Assembly: GCA_965231095.1 (NCBI GenBank)
Contig: OZ246416.1
Coordinates: 677,595-741,594, forward strand
From: an uncultured Gammaproteobacteria bacterium
GTDB taxonomy: Bacteria > Patescibacteriota > Patescibacteriia > XYB2-FULL-38-15
Direction: 5' to 3'
DNA length: 64,000 bases
Under the pieces are notes generated by a model. That model did not search any database, was not told the origin of the DNA, and saw only the letters and a list, made by a program, of their open reading frames with translations. Below, one piece after another: positions 37,282 to 46,532 of the stretch. The position numbers and the translations under genes are program-made. Numbering within the stretch: the stretch's first letter is position 1; each line of letters begins with the position of its first letter.

Positions 37282-39063
37282 ATGATTACGGAAATTATTG
37301 ATAGTCAGAGAAAAATAAAAGATTTAGAAAAAAAGCTCGCTAAACAAAGAGCTTTTGTTTTTAATATTGAAACGGAAGAACAATCACCTTTTACTTCAAA
37401 AATTTTAGGCATGAGTTTTTGCTTAGAGGAAGGAGGCGCGTTTTATGTCCCCTGCCCTAAAGCGGAGATTTTGAATTTTAAATCCATTTTAGAAAATTCA
37501 AAAATTGAAAAATACGGACATGATTTAAAACATAATCTTCGAGTGTTGCGTGAGAATGGCGTAAATTTAACCGGCATCGCGTTTGACACCATGCTCGCCG
37601 CTTACTTACTTAATTCCGGCGCCAAAAATTATGAATTGCAAGACTTAGTTTCAGTGAAGTTTGGAGAAAAAATTACGCCGATCGAAAATTTGGTTGGCGA
37701 GGGGAGAAAAAAAATTAGCCTCGGTCAAGTGTCAACAGAAAAAATAGCAGCTTATTGTGGGGAGCGGGCGGAAGCGATTTGGCGCTTGGTGGAAGTTTTA
37801 AAAACAGAGTTGGAAGAAAATAATCTTCTAAAACTTTTTTATAATTTGGAAATGCCGCTTTTGCCGATTTTGGCCGAAATGGAATCCAACGGCGTGAAAA
37901 TCGACGCGGAGGTTTTGAAAAAAAATTCTAAACAAGTAGAAAAAAGGTTGGCAAAAATTTCAGAAAAAATTTTTAAACTGACAAAAACAAAATTTAATTT
38001 AGATTCCCCTATTCAACTTCGAGAAGTTTTATTTGAAAAATTAGAAATCAATCCGGCCGGCCTGCGGCGCGGTAAAACCGGTATTTCTACCGAAGCGGGT
38101 GAGCTTGCTAAATTAAAGGATAAACATCCGGTTATTGATTTAATTTTGGAATATCGCGAATTGGCAAAGCTGCTTTCAACTTATCTTCTCGCCCTTCCAA
38201 AACTTATAAACCCGGCTACAAAAAGAATTCATACAAATTTTAATCAAACGGTGACAGCTACCGGCCGACTTTCTTCCTCAAATCCAAATTTACAAAATAT
38301 CCCGGCTAAAGGAGAAATGGCGGAGGCGATTAGAAAAGCTTTTGTCGCGCCGCGCGGTTTTAAAATTCTGGCCGCGGATTATTCTCATATTGATTTACGG
38401 GTTGTGGCCTCGCTCGCCAACGACCCGAATATGATTAAAGCTTTTTGCGCCGGCGCCGATATCCATCAGGAAACTGCTTCGCAAATTTGGAATATTCCTC
38501 CGGAAAAAGTTACCCCCGAACTTCGCAAGGCGGCGAAAACTATTAATTTCGGCGTGACATATGGGATGGGGGCAAAGGCGCTTGCTCTTGGCGCGGGCAT
38601 TACTTTTGATGAAGCAAAACAATTCATCAGCAAATATTTTACTGTTTATGAGGGCGTTAGAAATTTTCTAGAAGAAACGCGGCAAAAGGCCCACGACCTA
38701 GGGTTTGTGGAAACTCTTTTTGGCCGACGGCGTTATTTGCCGGAAATTTATTCGCCCGTTCCCCAGATCGCCGCCGAAGCCGAGCGAATGGCGATTAATA
38801 TGCCGGTTCAAGGCACGGCCGCCGATATTATGAAATTAGCAATGATAAAAATCGTCGCGGAATTGCCCGAGGTCAGCCCTTCTTCCAAAATGATTTTACA
38901 AGTTCATGACGAATTGGTTTTTGAAGTTCCGGATAAAGATATAAAAAAAGTCGCGAGTTTTGTCAAAAAAACAATGGCTGGCGCGACAAAACTTAAAGTA
39001 CCACTCGCTTCTAAAATTGAAGTTGGGGAAAATTGGGGAGAGATGAAGAAGTTGGAATTATGA
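37282..39063 (+). CDS. polA: DNA polymerase I, Klenow-like fragment (3'-5' exo-like domain + polymerase domain)
   Basis: Motif A DYSHIDLRV, motif B RKAAKTINFGVTYGMG, motif C QVHDELVFE. Confidence 0.9.
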   Translation: MITEIIDSQRKIKDLEKKLAKQRAFVFNIETEEQSPFTSKILGMSFCLEEGGAFYVPCPKAEILNFKSILENSKIEKYGHDLKHNLRVLRENGVNLTGIAFDTMLAAYLLNSGAKNYELQDLVSVKFGEKITPIENLVGEGRKKISLGQVSTEKIAAYCGERAEAIWRLVEVLKTELEENNLLKLFYNLEMPLLPILAEMESNGVKIDAEVLKKNSKQVEKRLAKISEKIFKLTKTKFNLDSPIQLREVLFEKLEINPAGLRRGKTGISTEAGELAKLKDKHPVIDLILEYRELAKLLSTYLLALPKLINPATKRIHTNFNQTVTATGRLSSSNPNLQNIPAKGEMAEAIRKAFVAPRGFKILAADYSHIDLRVVASLANDPNMIKAFCAGADIHQETASQIWNIPPEKVTPELRKAAKTINFGVTYGMGAKALALGAGITFDEAKQFISKYFTVYEGVRNFLEETRQKAHDLGFVETLFGRRRYLPEIYSPVPQIAAEAERMAINMPVQGTAADIMKLAMIKIVAELPEVSPSSKMILQVHDELVFEVPDKDIKKVASFVKKTMAGATKLKVPLASKIEVGENWGEMKKLEL

Positions 39064-39080
39064 ATTAAGAATTAGGAATT

Positions 39081-40073
39081 ATGATTTTTTTTCTTTACGG
39101 CGAAGATAGTTATAGTTCGCGAAAAAAATTAAAACAGATTGAGGAGAAATTTAAAAAAACCGACAAGAGTCGGGTGAATTTTGTTAGGATAGACGGGGAA
39201 AAGAATTTATGGAAAAATATAGAAAAAGAAATTCTATCTCCGCCGTTTTTGCATGATAAAAAATTATTAGTGGTGGAAAATTTTTTGAAAAAACGCGGAC
39301 AAAAATTTGATGAGGCAATAGCTTTTTTGAAAGGAGAAAAAATTCCCGCCGGAACAGTGGTGGTTTTTTGGGAAGATAATAAACCAGACGAGCGCACGGC
39401 GATTTTTAAATTTTTGGCCAAGCCGAGCCAGGCGGAGAGATTTAATTTTCTCGACGCGCCAAAATTGAGAAAATGGATTGTGGGAGCGGCCGCGGAAAAA
39501 GACTTAAAGATTAACGCTGGAGCCATAGAGGAGCTGGTTGGTTTAATTGGTCCGGATCTTTGGCAGATGGCAAGCGAGCTTGATAAATTAGCGGCTTATG
39601 TTCGCGGAAGAAAAGAAAAAGACGACATTGTTTCCGCCAAAGATATCGCGCTTTTTGTGAAAGGAAAATTTGATGAAAATATTTTTTCTCTGACGGACGC
39701 CCTTGGTTCTAAAAATAAGAAGTTAGTTTTTAAAATATTAAATGAGCAAATTGAGGCCGGTCTTGGCGAAGGATATATTTTTGCGATGCTCGTGCGGCAA
39801 TTTAGAATTTTGTTGCAGATAAAAGAATTAGTCGCCGTTGATTTTCCTTTTCTTTCGGCGAGCGACCCCGGCATAAAACAAAAAATTTCTTTAGAGCTCG
39901 GATTGCATCCGTATGTTATTCAAAAAACTCTTTATCAGGTAAAAAATTTTTCTCTTCCGGAATTGAAAAAAATTTACGGAAAATTATTGGCTCTTGATAT
40001 GAAAATGAAGAGAGGTAATTTTAACCCGCGGGCGTTTTTAGAGTTATTTATTGCCGAAGTTTGTTCTGCGTAA
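39081..40073 (+). CDS. holA: DNA polymerase III delta subunit
   Basis: MIFFLYGEDSYSS start typical of HolA, 330 aa, follows polA. Confidence 0.7.
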   Translation: MIFFLYGEDSYSSRKKLKQIEEKFKKTDKSRVNFVRIDGEKNLWKNIEKEILSPPFLHDKKLLVVENFLKKRGQKFDEAIAFLKGEKIPAGTVVVFWEDNKPDERTAIFKFLAKPSQAERFNFLDAPKLRKWIVGAAAEKDLKINAGAIEELVGLIGPDLWQMASELDKLAAYVRGRKEKDDIVSAKDIALFVKGKFDENIFSLTDALGSKNKKLVFKILNEQIEAGLGEGYIFAMLVRQFRILLQIKELVAVDFPFLSASDPGIKQKISLELGLHPYVIQKTLYQVKNFSLPELKKIYGKLLALDMKMKRGNFNPRAFLELFIAEVCSA

Positions 40074-40121
40074 TAAAATAGATTATAAGTATAGCGCTTA
40101 TTATTTTTTAAAAAATATTTT

Positions 40122-40463
40122 ATGACAACTTTTTTCTTTTTGGAGTTGGTTGTTATCGCCCTGTTAAATGCCGCGGCGCAGGTTTTTATCAAAAAAGCGA
40201 GCATTGTTAATTGGTTTGACTGGTCAACGATTTCCAATAAAAATTTATGGCTGGGGGGATTGCTTTATGTCGCGGGGTTTTTCCTCTGGGTAAAAGCTCT
40301 GAATCAAGGAGAGCTTACATTTATTGTCCCTCTTACGACAAGTTTAATGTATATTGCCACGATATTTTTTGGTTGGTATTTTTTTAAAGAACAAATGACG
40401 TTAATCAGGGTGGTGGGAATTTTTGTGATTTGTGCAGGGATGTTTTTGGTGATGAAAAAATAA
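40122..40463 (+). CDS. Small 4-TM membrane protein, DMT/EamA-SMR-like
   Basis: 113 aa, four hydrophobic helices. Confidence 0.45.
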   Translation: MTTFFFLELVVIALLNAAAQVFIKKASIVNWFDWSTISNKNLWLGGLLYVAGFFLWVKALNQGELTFIVPLTTSLMYIATIFFGWYFFKEQMTLIRVVGIFVICAGMFLVMKK

Positions 40464-40522
40464 ATTTTATTAAAAATAAAAAACTACCCCGCATAATTTG
40501 CGGGGTAGTTTTTGTAATAATT

Positions 40523-40792
40523 TTATTTTTTCATCAGAGAATTGAGTTTTTTCATCAATCTGGATTTTTTTCTGCCGCCGGTATTTTTTTTGATAATACC
40601 TTTTGAAATCGCTCGATCAATTTCCTTGATTGCCTGTTTGATGATTTTTTGGGCTTCATTAATTTTTTTTGTCTCAAGCAGCTTTTGCGCCCCCTTTAGA
40701 TTTTTTTTCAGGCTATTTTTTATTTTTAAATTACGGGCCATTCTTTTTTTGCTTTGCCTCAAATCTTTAAAACTTGCTTTCTTAATCGGCAT
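40523..40792 (-). CDS. rpsT: 30S ribosomal protein S20
   Basis: MPIKKASFKDLRQSKKRMARNLKIKNSLKK, 89 aa basic helical protein. Confidence 0.85.
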   Translation of the reverse strand: MPIKKASFKDLRQSKKRMARNLKIKNSLKKNLKGAQKLLETKKINEAQKIIKQAIKEIDRAISKGIIKKNTGGRKKSRLMKKLNSLMKK

Positions 40793-40917
40793 GTTCCTTC
40801 GCTTCGCTCAGTCAAATGCAAAATGAAAAATTCAAAATGTAAAATGGCTGAGGGAATATTGATTTATCAAATATTAGTATATTTAGATTAGCAAAAGGCT
40901 TTATTTTTGTCAACCGC

Positions 40918-41985
40918 CTAAGCGTCCGTTTTTGGTTTATCAATTAACATTGGCTCTATTTGACTTTCGCCGCCGGCGATTTTAATAACATCCTTATCTA
41001 TTTTTTTTAATTCGCTGGAGGCGGAATTATAGGCACCGACGGTGGTGCCAAGATGATTTCCGAGTTTTACAAAATATTCATCATAGGCGTTTAAGTGTTT
41101 TCCCAAGTCCCCTACTCTTTTTATAATTTCCTTAACTGACTCGCTAATTTTCATCCGGCGCAGGCCTTCGGCAAAAAGTTGAAGATAAACATGAAAGGTT
41201 GTTGGGGAAACAATAATGACGTGTTTTTCGCGGTTCGCATATTCCACAAGATCGCGAGTGTTAATTTTTATCGCGCCGATTTGATTTACCAGCAGATCAT
41301 AATAAATTGCTTCGGCGGGAATGAACATAAACGCGTATTCAACGGTTCCCTCTTCGGGCCGCACGTATTTGGCCGTTTCATCAATTCTGTTTTTTAAATC
41401 TTGTTTAAAAAGTTTTTCAAATTTTTCCCGCTCCGTTGGGTCGTGTTCCGCGATAATTTTATTATAATTTTCTAAACTGAATTTTGAATCTATGGGAATA
41501 ATTTGTTCGCCCAAAAAAATCACGGCATCAACAATTTCTCCATCTTTAAATTTATATTGCATTTGGTAAGCGGTCGGCGGCAGAACATTTTTTAAAACAG
41601 TTTCCAAATAGTATTCGCCGAGAATTCCCCGCTGCTTTGGATTTTTTAAAATATCTTCCAAGCTTTGAAGTTGTCCGGCAAAATTTACGATTTGTTTTCC
41701 CGTTTCATCAAGTTTAGTTAATTTTTCGGTGACCTCTTGGATGATTTTTGTGCTAGCGCCAAACTGTGCTTGGACAGACCGGTGATTTTCAGATAATTTA
41801 GTATCAACCGTTTTAACAAGCTCGTTAATTTGATTTTGTAGAAGGAGGAGGGATTTGTCATTTTGGGCCCCCTCTTTAAGCTCGCGTATTTTTTGGCTAA
41901 GGAAATAAAAAATTAACGCCAGGGCGGCAACAATTACAAATGCGGCGATAAAAATATAAGTACCCATGCTTTGACTTTTAATCAA
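40918..41985 (-). CDS. rmuC: DNA recombination protein RmuC
   Basis: N-terminal TM, coiled coil, conserved C-terminal ...IPIDSKFSLENY... RmuC region. Confidence 0.75.
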   Translation of the reverse strand: MIKSQSMGTYIFIAAFVIVAALALIFYFLSQKIRELKEGAQNDKSLLLLQNQINELVKTVDTKLSENHRSVQAQFGASTKIIQEVTEKLTKLDETGKQIVNFAGQLQSLEDILKNPKQRGILGEYYLETVLKNVLPPTAYQMQYKFKDGEIVDAVIFLGEQIIPIDSKFSLENYNKIIAEHDPTEREKFEKLFKQDLKNRIDETAKYVRPEEGTVEYAFMFIPAEAIYYDLLVNQIGAIKINTRDLVEYANREKHVIIVSPTTFHVYLQLFAEGLRRMKISESVKEIIKRVGDLGKHLNAYDEYFVKLGNHLGTTVGAYNSASSELKKIDKDVIKIAGGESQIEPMLIDKPKTDA

Positions 41986-42184
41986 TTCTTTATTAAGATT
42001 ATATCAGAAAAAGGATGTGGCAGTAAAGGGCTTATTTAAAAAATAAGAAAATTTTTGTAATAGTAAGTAAAAGATTAAGAAAAAAAGAGAAGAAAAAACC
42101 TATCTTATATTTTACGACACTTGATTTTATTTAATATAAGGTAAAATTTAAGGAAGACGTTCAAAATATAAATTGTTCTCCCCT

Positions 42185-42256
42185 GCCCTCGTAGCTCAAC
42201 GGATAGAGCAAACCCGTCCTAAGGGTGAGATGGGGGTTCAATTCCCTCCGGGGGCA
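42185..42256 (+). tRNA. tRNA-Arg (CCT)
   Basis: acceptor gccctcg/cgggggc (one GU), anticodon loop gtCCTaa, T-loop ttcaatt. Confidence 0.8.
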
Positions 42257-42268
42257 AAAAATAATCTT

Positions 42269-42775
42269 ATGGCCGGAAAAGATAGATATATTATCGCTAA
42301 AAATTGGCCATTTGTTGTGGTTGGCTGTCTTGTAGTAAGGGGCGATAAAGTGCTTTTAGTCAAGGAGGCGAGAAAAGAAGCCGGGAGTTGGAATCAGCCA
42401 GCCGGTTGGTTAGAAAAATATGAAAATCCTGTTGTTGGGGCTAAAAGAGAAGCAGAGGAAGAAACAGGTTTTAGAATTAAAATTAAGGGGTTTTTGGGAG
42501 TTTACAGTTTGGATCGTAGAAAAGTAAAAAGATGGCAAAGGGCGGGGCCAGTTGATCTACATGCTATTAAATTTTTATTTATCGCAAAAGTGGTAGGAAG
42601 GGGGCAAAAATTAAATCCTCTAGAAATTGCCGAAGTTAGGTGGTTTAGTTTAAAAGAGATTAAAAACCTTCATAAGCAGAAAATTTTGCGCGATCCGGAT
42701 ATGATCAATGAGGTTCAAGATTATTTGGCGGGTAGAAGTTATGACCTTAAATTAGTTCGTCATCTTATAGTTTAA
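42269..42775 (+). CDS. NUDIX hydrolase
   Basis: Nudix box GWLEKYENPVVGAKREAEEETGF; start trimmed from 42173 because the longer frame overlaps tRNA-Arg. Confidence 0.75.
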   Translation: MAGKDRYIIAKNWPFVVVGCLVVRGDKVLLVKEARKEAGSWNQPAGWLEKYENPVVGAKREAEEETGFRIKIKGFLGVYSLDRRKVKRWQRAGPVDLHAIKFLFIAKVVGRGQKLNPLEIAEVRWFSLKEIKNLHKQKILRDPDMINEVQDYLAGRSYDLKLVRHLIV

Positions 42776-42789
42776 ATTATTTATTTCGC

Positions 42790-42860
42790 GGGCCCGTAGT
42801 AAAGTGGTATTACGCCGCATTCGCATTGCGGAGGCGGGAGTTCGATTCTCCCCGGGTCCA
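42790..42860 (+). tRNA. tRNA-Ala (CGC)
   Basis: G3:U70 identity pair (gggcccg/cgggtcc), anticodon loop ttCGCat, discriminator A. Confidence 0.85.
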
Positions 42861-42864
42861 CTTT

Positions 42865-42890
42865 AAAACCCACCAATTATGGTGGGTTTT
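42865..42890 (+). terminator. Perfect hairpin aaaacccacc-aattat-ggtgggtttt
   Basis: 10-bp stem after tRNA-Ala. Confidence 0.55.
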
Positions 42891-42960
42891 AAAATTGTTT
42901 CACGTGAAACAATTTTGATAAAGAAAGGTTTTTAAAGCAATTGTTTCACGTGAAACAATT
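42891..42960. promoter_or_regulatory. Two copies of a perfect 22-26 bp palindrome AATTGTTTCACGTGAAACAATT (CACGTG core), 21 bp apart; candidate dimeric transcription-factor operator
   Basis: 42891-42916 and 42939-42960 are exact self-complementary copies. Confidence 0.5.
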
Positions 42961-43255
42961 AATAAATTACATATTTTAATAAATTAAATGTTTTTAATTA
43001 TTATAAAATATAGATTATTTTTTTGATTAATGATAAATTTTTTATTTGTGAAAAGAACGATGACATTTTGTGGATAACTTGTAAGTAAAATTTACCGTAT
43101 CGCTAGGAAACTGGTTTTATCGGCGTTGGGGGGGGTGGGATAGAGGGTGAGTGGTGTCGAGTGGTTTTTAACAAAAAAGTGAACATTAATCTTAACACAA
43201 TGTGTAGAATAACTTACACATAGTCAATGAACTAAAAAGTTGTTCACATCTGCGA

Positions 43256-43284
43256 TTGACTTTTTCGTAAAATCGTGGTATAAT
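43256..43284 (+). promoter_or_regulatory. Textbook sigma70 promoter TTGACT-17-(TGg)TATAAT heading the surface-protein operon, followed by ~250-nt structured leader
   Basis: Hexamers, 17-bp spacer and extended -10 TG read directly. Confidence 0.6.
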
Positions 43285-43539
43285 AATTATGTAAGTTATG
43301 ATAGTTAATAGGGAAAGGAGATTTTGTTTCTTTTTCCTGATAGTTATCAACAATTTAATATAAAAGGTAGCAGAGGTTAAGGTTTCTTTCCCAATCAAGG
43401 TCGTTTTCAAAAACGATCTCGTCCCGGAGGCGGCGTTTGTCGGCCGGGAGTGCCCGTTAGTACCCCAAAGGTGCTTGTACCCGAGTACCTTGGAACAGAA
43501 ATTTTAATCTTAGGTTTACCTTGAAATAGGTGATCGACG

Positions 43540-44223
43540 TTGTTTATGAAATATTTTTTCATAAAACTCATTATAATCACTTTTGTTTTTATTTCTCTCA
43601 TTGCTCTGTGGAAGGCGCCAGTTAGCTTGGCCCTGATGAATTCGGAGAGTTATATTAACTGGATGGATTCGCTGAATTTTGGGGGAGAAGAAACCTCCAC
43701 TTCAACAAACTATAGATTCCAAGATACTTTAGGAGAGATTGGGACAGGGGAAATTTCGAGCACCAATTATGCCGGCTTGATAGGTTTTCGCCAATCTGAC
43801 GCGGATCCCAAGATGACTTTTTCCATTTCCGATACTTCAGTGGACTTTGGTACATTGTCTACGAGCGCGGTTTCTTCGGACAGCATTACGATTACAAGTA
43901 CGACAAACGCGGTGGATGGATATATTACAACAATTTTTGAAACAGAAAATTTAAAAACCGGGGCAGGTGCGGATATTGATGATGTGGCCGATGGAACAGT
44001 GACGGCCGGTTCGGAAGAATACGGTGTCAGAACTTCCGGCGCTGACGGACAGATGAACGGGGCGGACACGGGGATTACAACTTCGCCGCAAACAGTTGCT
44101 TCTAACGCGAGTTGGATAAATGGAAGCGCGGTGACAATAACTTTTAAGGCAGCAATTTCATCGCTTACGTCCGCAGGGGCTTACGCGCACAATGTCACAT
44201 TGATTTCCACCGGAAGATTTTAA
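43540..44223 (+). CDS. Secreted beta-rich surface protein, paralog A (C-terminal ...LISTGRF)
   Basis: Signal peptide; shares ANDGY/AVDGY, EE(Y/F)GV(R/S)TS and C-terminal (F/L)ISTG(T/R)F with next gene. Confidence 0.6.
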   Translation: MFMKYFFIKLIIITFVFISLIALWKAPVSLALMNSESYINWMDSLNFGGEETSTSTNYRFQDTLGEIGTGEISSTNYAGLIGFRQSDADPKMTFSISDTSVDFGTLSTSAVSSDSITITSTTNAVDGYITTIFETENLKTGAGADIDDVADGTVTAGSEEYGVRTSGADGQMNGADTGITTSPQTVASNASWINGSAVTITFKAAISSLTSAGAYAHNVTLISTGRF

Positions 44224-44254
44224 AAATTCGCAGTTTATTATTTTTTAAAAATAT

Positions 44255-45358
44255 ATGGAAAGAAAAAAATTAGTTAAAAAAATTGTTTGGGGGACTCTTC
44301 TGAGTTTAATTTTGATGTTGGGTTTTCCGTCGGTTCCGGCGCGCGCGACGCACAGTGTTATTAAAGATACGATGAGCCGCCTCAAGGCGTCCACCGCGTC
44401 AAATCACACAATTACTTTTACGCTGGATGCGTCAACAAATATTATTGAGAATGAAACAATCACTATTACTTTTGCCGCGTCTTGGGTAGATGGGTTAAAC
44501 AGCATTGATTGCGAGGATATTGATATTTTGGATGATGGTGTGGAAGAATCAATTGCTGAGGTGGCCGTAGAGGCTTGCGCGGCCGATGCCGATGAATGGG
44601 GGGCTGTGGTTGCGGGAGATGTTCTTACTTTGACTGCTCCGTCTACGGGCTCAACTTATATTGATGCGAGCTCGGTAGTAATCATAGAAATTGGTACAAA
44701 TGCAACAGAAGAACATACTGGCAATACGCAGATTACAAATCCGGTCGCGGCTAATAATTTGGTTGTGAATATTGGCGGTACGGGTGATAGCGGAACAGAT
44801 CCGGACGGGCAATTCGCGGTTTCGATTATCGCGGAAGATCAGGTGACAGTGACGGCCACGGTTTTGCCGACTTTTACTTTTACAATTAGCGCAAGTACGT
44901 GTGCCCTAGGGGACTTGACTCTTGGCACAGTGCAAACCTGCGGTGTAACTTTAACAACGACAACCAATGCCAACGATGGTTATGCCACGACGATAGTTGG
45001 AACGGCTTCTGGCGCAGAGATGGTGCATTCCAACGCCACAGATAACATTGATAATGCCGGGGGTACAGTGGTTAGTCCTAATTCGGAAGAGTTCGGCGTG
45101 AGCACGAGCGATTCGTTGGTAGATATTGAACAATTAACTACGCACGGTAGTTGTGTATTGGCCGATGGTGTCGCTGTTGATGTTAGTGGTGTATCAATTG
45201 ATACACTTGGCGATAATACGGCCGCTTCAATCGCCTCAAATACCGTTCCGGTTTCCGCGGAAGCAACAACCGCCTGCTTTGTCGCTTCTGCCGCGGCAAC
45301 AACGGCTGCCGGCGAATATTCTTCTACGGTAACATTTATTTCTACCGGCACATTTTAA
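44255..45358 (+). CDS. Secreted surface protein, paralog B; N-terminal module duplicated in the 756-aa dockerin protein
   Basis: Signal peptide; DTMSRLK...ENETITITF...GLNSIDCEDIDILDDGVEE...CAADADEWGA...LTLTAPST module also at start of 46533 gene; ends TFISTGTF. Confidence 0.6.
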   Translation: MERKKLVKKIVWGTLLSLILMLGFPSVPARATHSVIKDTMSRLKASTASNHTITFTLDASTNIIENETITITFAASWVDGLNSIDCEDIDILDDGVEESIAEVAVEACAADADEWGAVVAGDVLTLTAPSTGSTYIDASSVVIIEIGTNATEEHTGNTQITNPVAANNLVVNIGGTGDSGTDPDGQFAVSIIAEDQVTVTATVLPTFTFTISASTCALGDLTLGTVQTCGVTLTTTTNANDGYATTIVGTASGAEMVHSNATDNIDNAGGTVVSPNSEEFGVSTSDSLVDIEQLTTHGSCVLADGVAVDVSGVSIDTLGDNTAASIASNTVPVSAEATTACFVASAAATTAAGEYSSTVTFISTGTF

Positions 45359-45431
45359 TTTTTATAAAATAATGTTTTTCCCCGCGGTAATTTACGCGGA
45401 AAGAAAAACCATAATTTAAAATAGGGGGACT

Positions 45432-46454
45432 ATGAAAAAAGTTTTTTTCGCGATTACTCTGGCTGCTTTAATTTTTGGCTTGGCGCCGGCGATCGCCTCC
45501 GCGACAACAATTTCTCCGCCGGTCATAGAATTTGACGCGCGGCCGGGGGATACAATTGTTGATGTTATTAAATTGTTTAATGAGACGGCTGAAGAAGTTA
45601 CCTTGACCGGAGAGGTGAGAACTTTTAAAGCGTTGAATGAAACCGGCGCGCCGTCATTTCTTCCCCCTGAAGAATCAACTGATTTGGCAACTTGGTTAAA
45701 ACTTGACGAGGCGACAGTCACTCTGCCGGCTGACGAGAGAAAAGATATTTTGTTTAGTATTAATGTTCCGGAAAACGCCGAGCCGGGCGGACACTTTGCC
45801 GGAATTCTTTGGACGCCGACTGGCGCACCAGCATTAGAAGGAAGCGGAGTTGGCATTACCATGAAAACCGGAACTTTGGTTTTGGTTCGCGTGGCAGGAG
45901 ATGTTAATGAGACCGGACGGCTGGCGAGTTTTACGGCCGACAGAGCTTCTTATAATTATTTGCCTGTTAATTTTTCAGTTCGTTTTGAAAATTTAGGAAA
46001 TGTTCATTTAAAACCGGCGGGCGTGATTGAAATTAAAAATTTGTTAGGAAGAAAAGTCGCCGCGCTTCCGGTGAATGGAGATTTATCAAACGTTCTCCCC
46101 GAGTCAATAAGAAAATTTGATGCGACTTGGCAAAAAACAGAAGTGCCGCTTGGCGCGTCCGAATGGCAAAGAGAAATGGACAATTTTGCTTGGGGAAAAT
46201 ATACCGCCACGCTTATTTTGGATTATGGAATAGATGGGCAACAAACATCCGCCTCGCTCGCTTTCTGGGTTTTTCCGTGGCGCGTGACTCTTTTCTATCT
46301 GGCCATAGCGATAATAATTATTCTCTTAATTATCATTGGTATTAGAAGCTATAATAAGTGGGTTATAAAAAAATTCAGTCAGCAAAACAATCAACAAAAT
46401 AATCCTCCAAGCGATTTGCCAACCGACGGAGTTGACGATCAAAAAATGGAGTAG
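45432..46454 (+). CDS. Surface protein with signal peptide, beta-rich ectodomain and single C-terminal TM anchor + Q/N-rich tail (DUF916/DUF3324, CscA-like architecture)
   Basis: MKKVFFAITLAALIFGLAPAIASA signal; C-terminal VTLFYLAIAIIIILLIIIGIRSY TM; family call by architecture only. Confidence 0.5.
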   Translation: MKKVFFAITLAALIFGLAPAIASATTISPPVIEFDARPGDTIVDVIKLFNETAEEVTLTGEVRTFKALNETGAPSFLPPEESTDLATWLKLDEATVTLPADERKDILFSINVPENAEPGGHFAGILWTPTGAPALEGSGVGITMKTGTLVLVRVAGDVNETGRLASFTADRASYNYLPVNFSVRFENLGNVHLKPAGVIEIKNLLGRKVAALPVNGDLSNVLPESIRKFDATWQKTEVPLGASEWQREMDNFAWGKYTATLILDYGIDGQQTSASLAFWVFPWRVTLFYLAIAIIIILLIIIGIRSYNKWVIKKFSQQNNQQNNPPSDLPTDGVDDQKME

Positions 46455-46532
46455 GGGATTCGCGCGGAAAAAAAGAAATTTATAGAGCTTAGATAAAAGC
46501 GTAAAAACAAAAATCAAAATTAAAAAACGTCA

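Noticed and set aside
42173-42268. Long start for the NUDIX ORF
   Set aside because: The first 32 codons overlap tRNA-Arg(CCT) 42185-42256. The start was moved to ATG 42269.
43192-43601. Minus-strand ORFs 43192-43410 and 43407-43601
   Set aside because: They lie in the promoter and leader region of the surface operon and overlap the start of the 43540 gene. No Shine-Dalgarno site and no motif.
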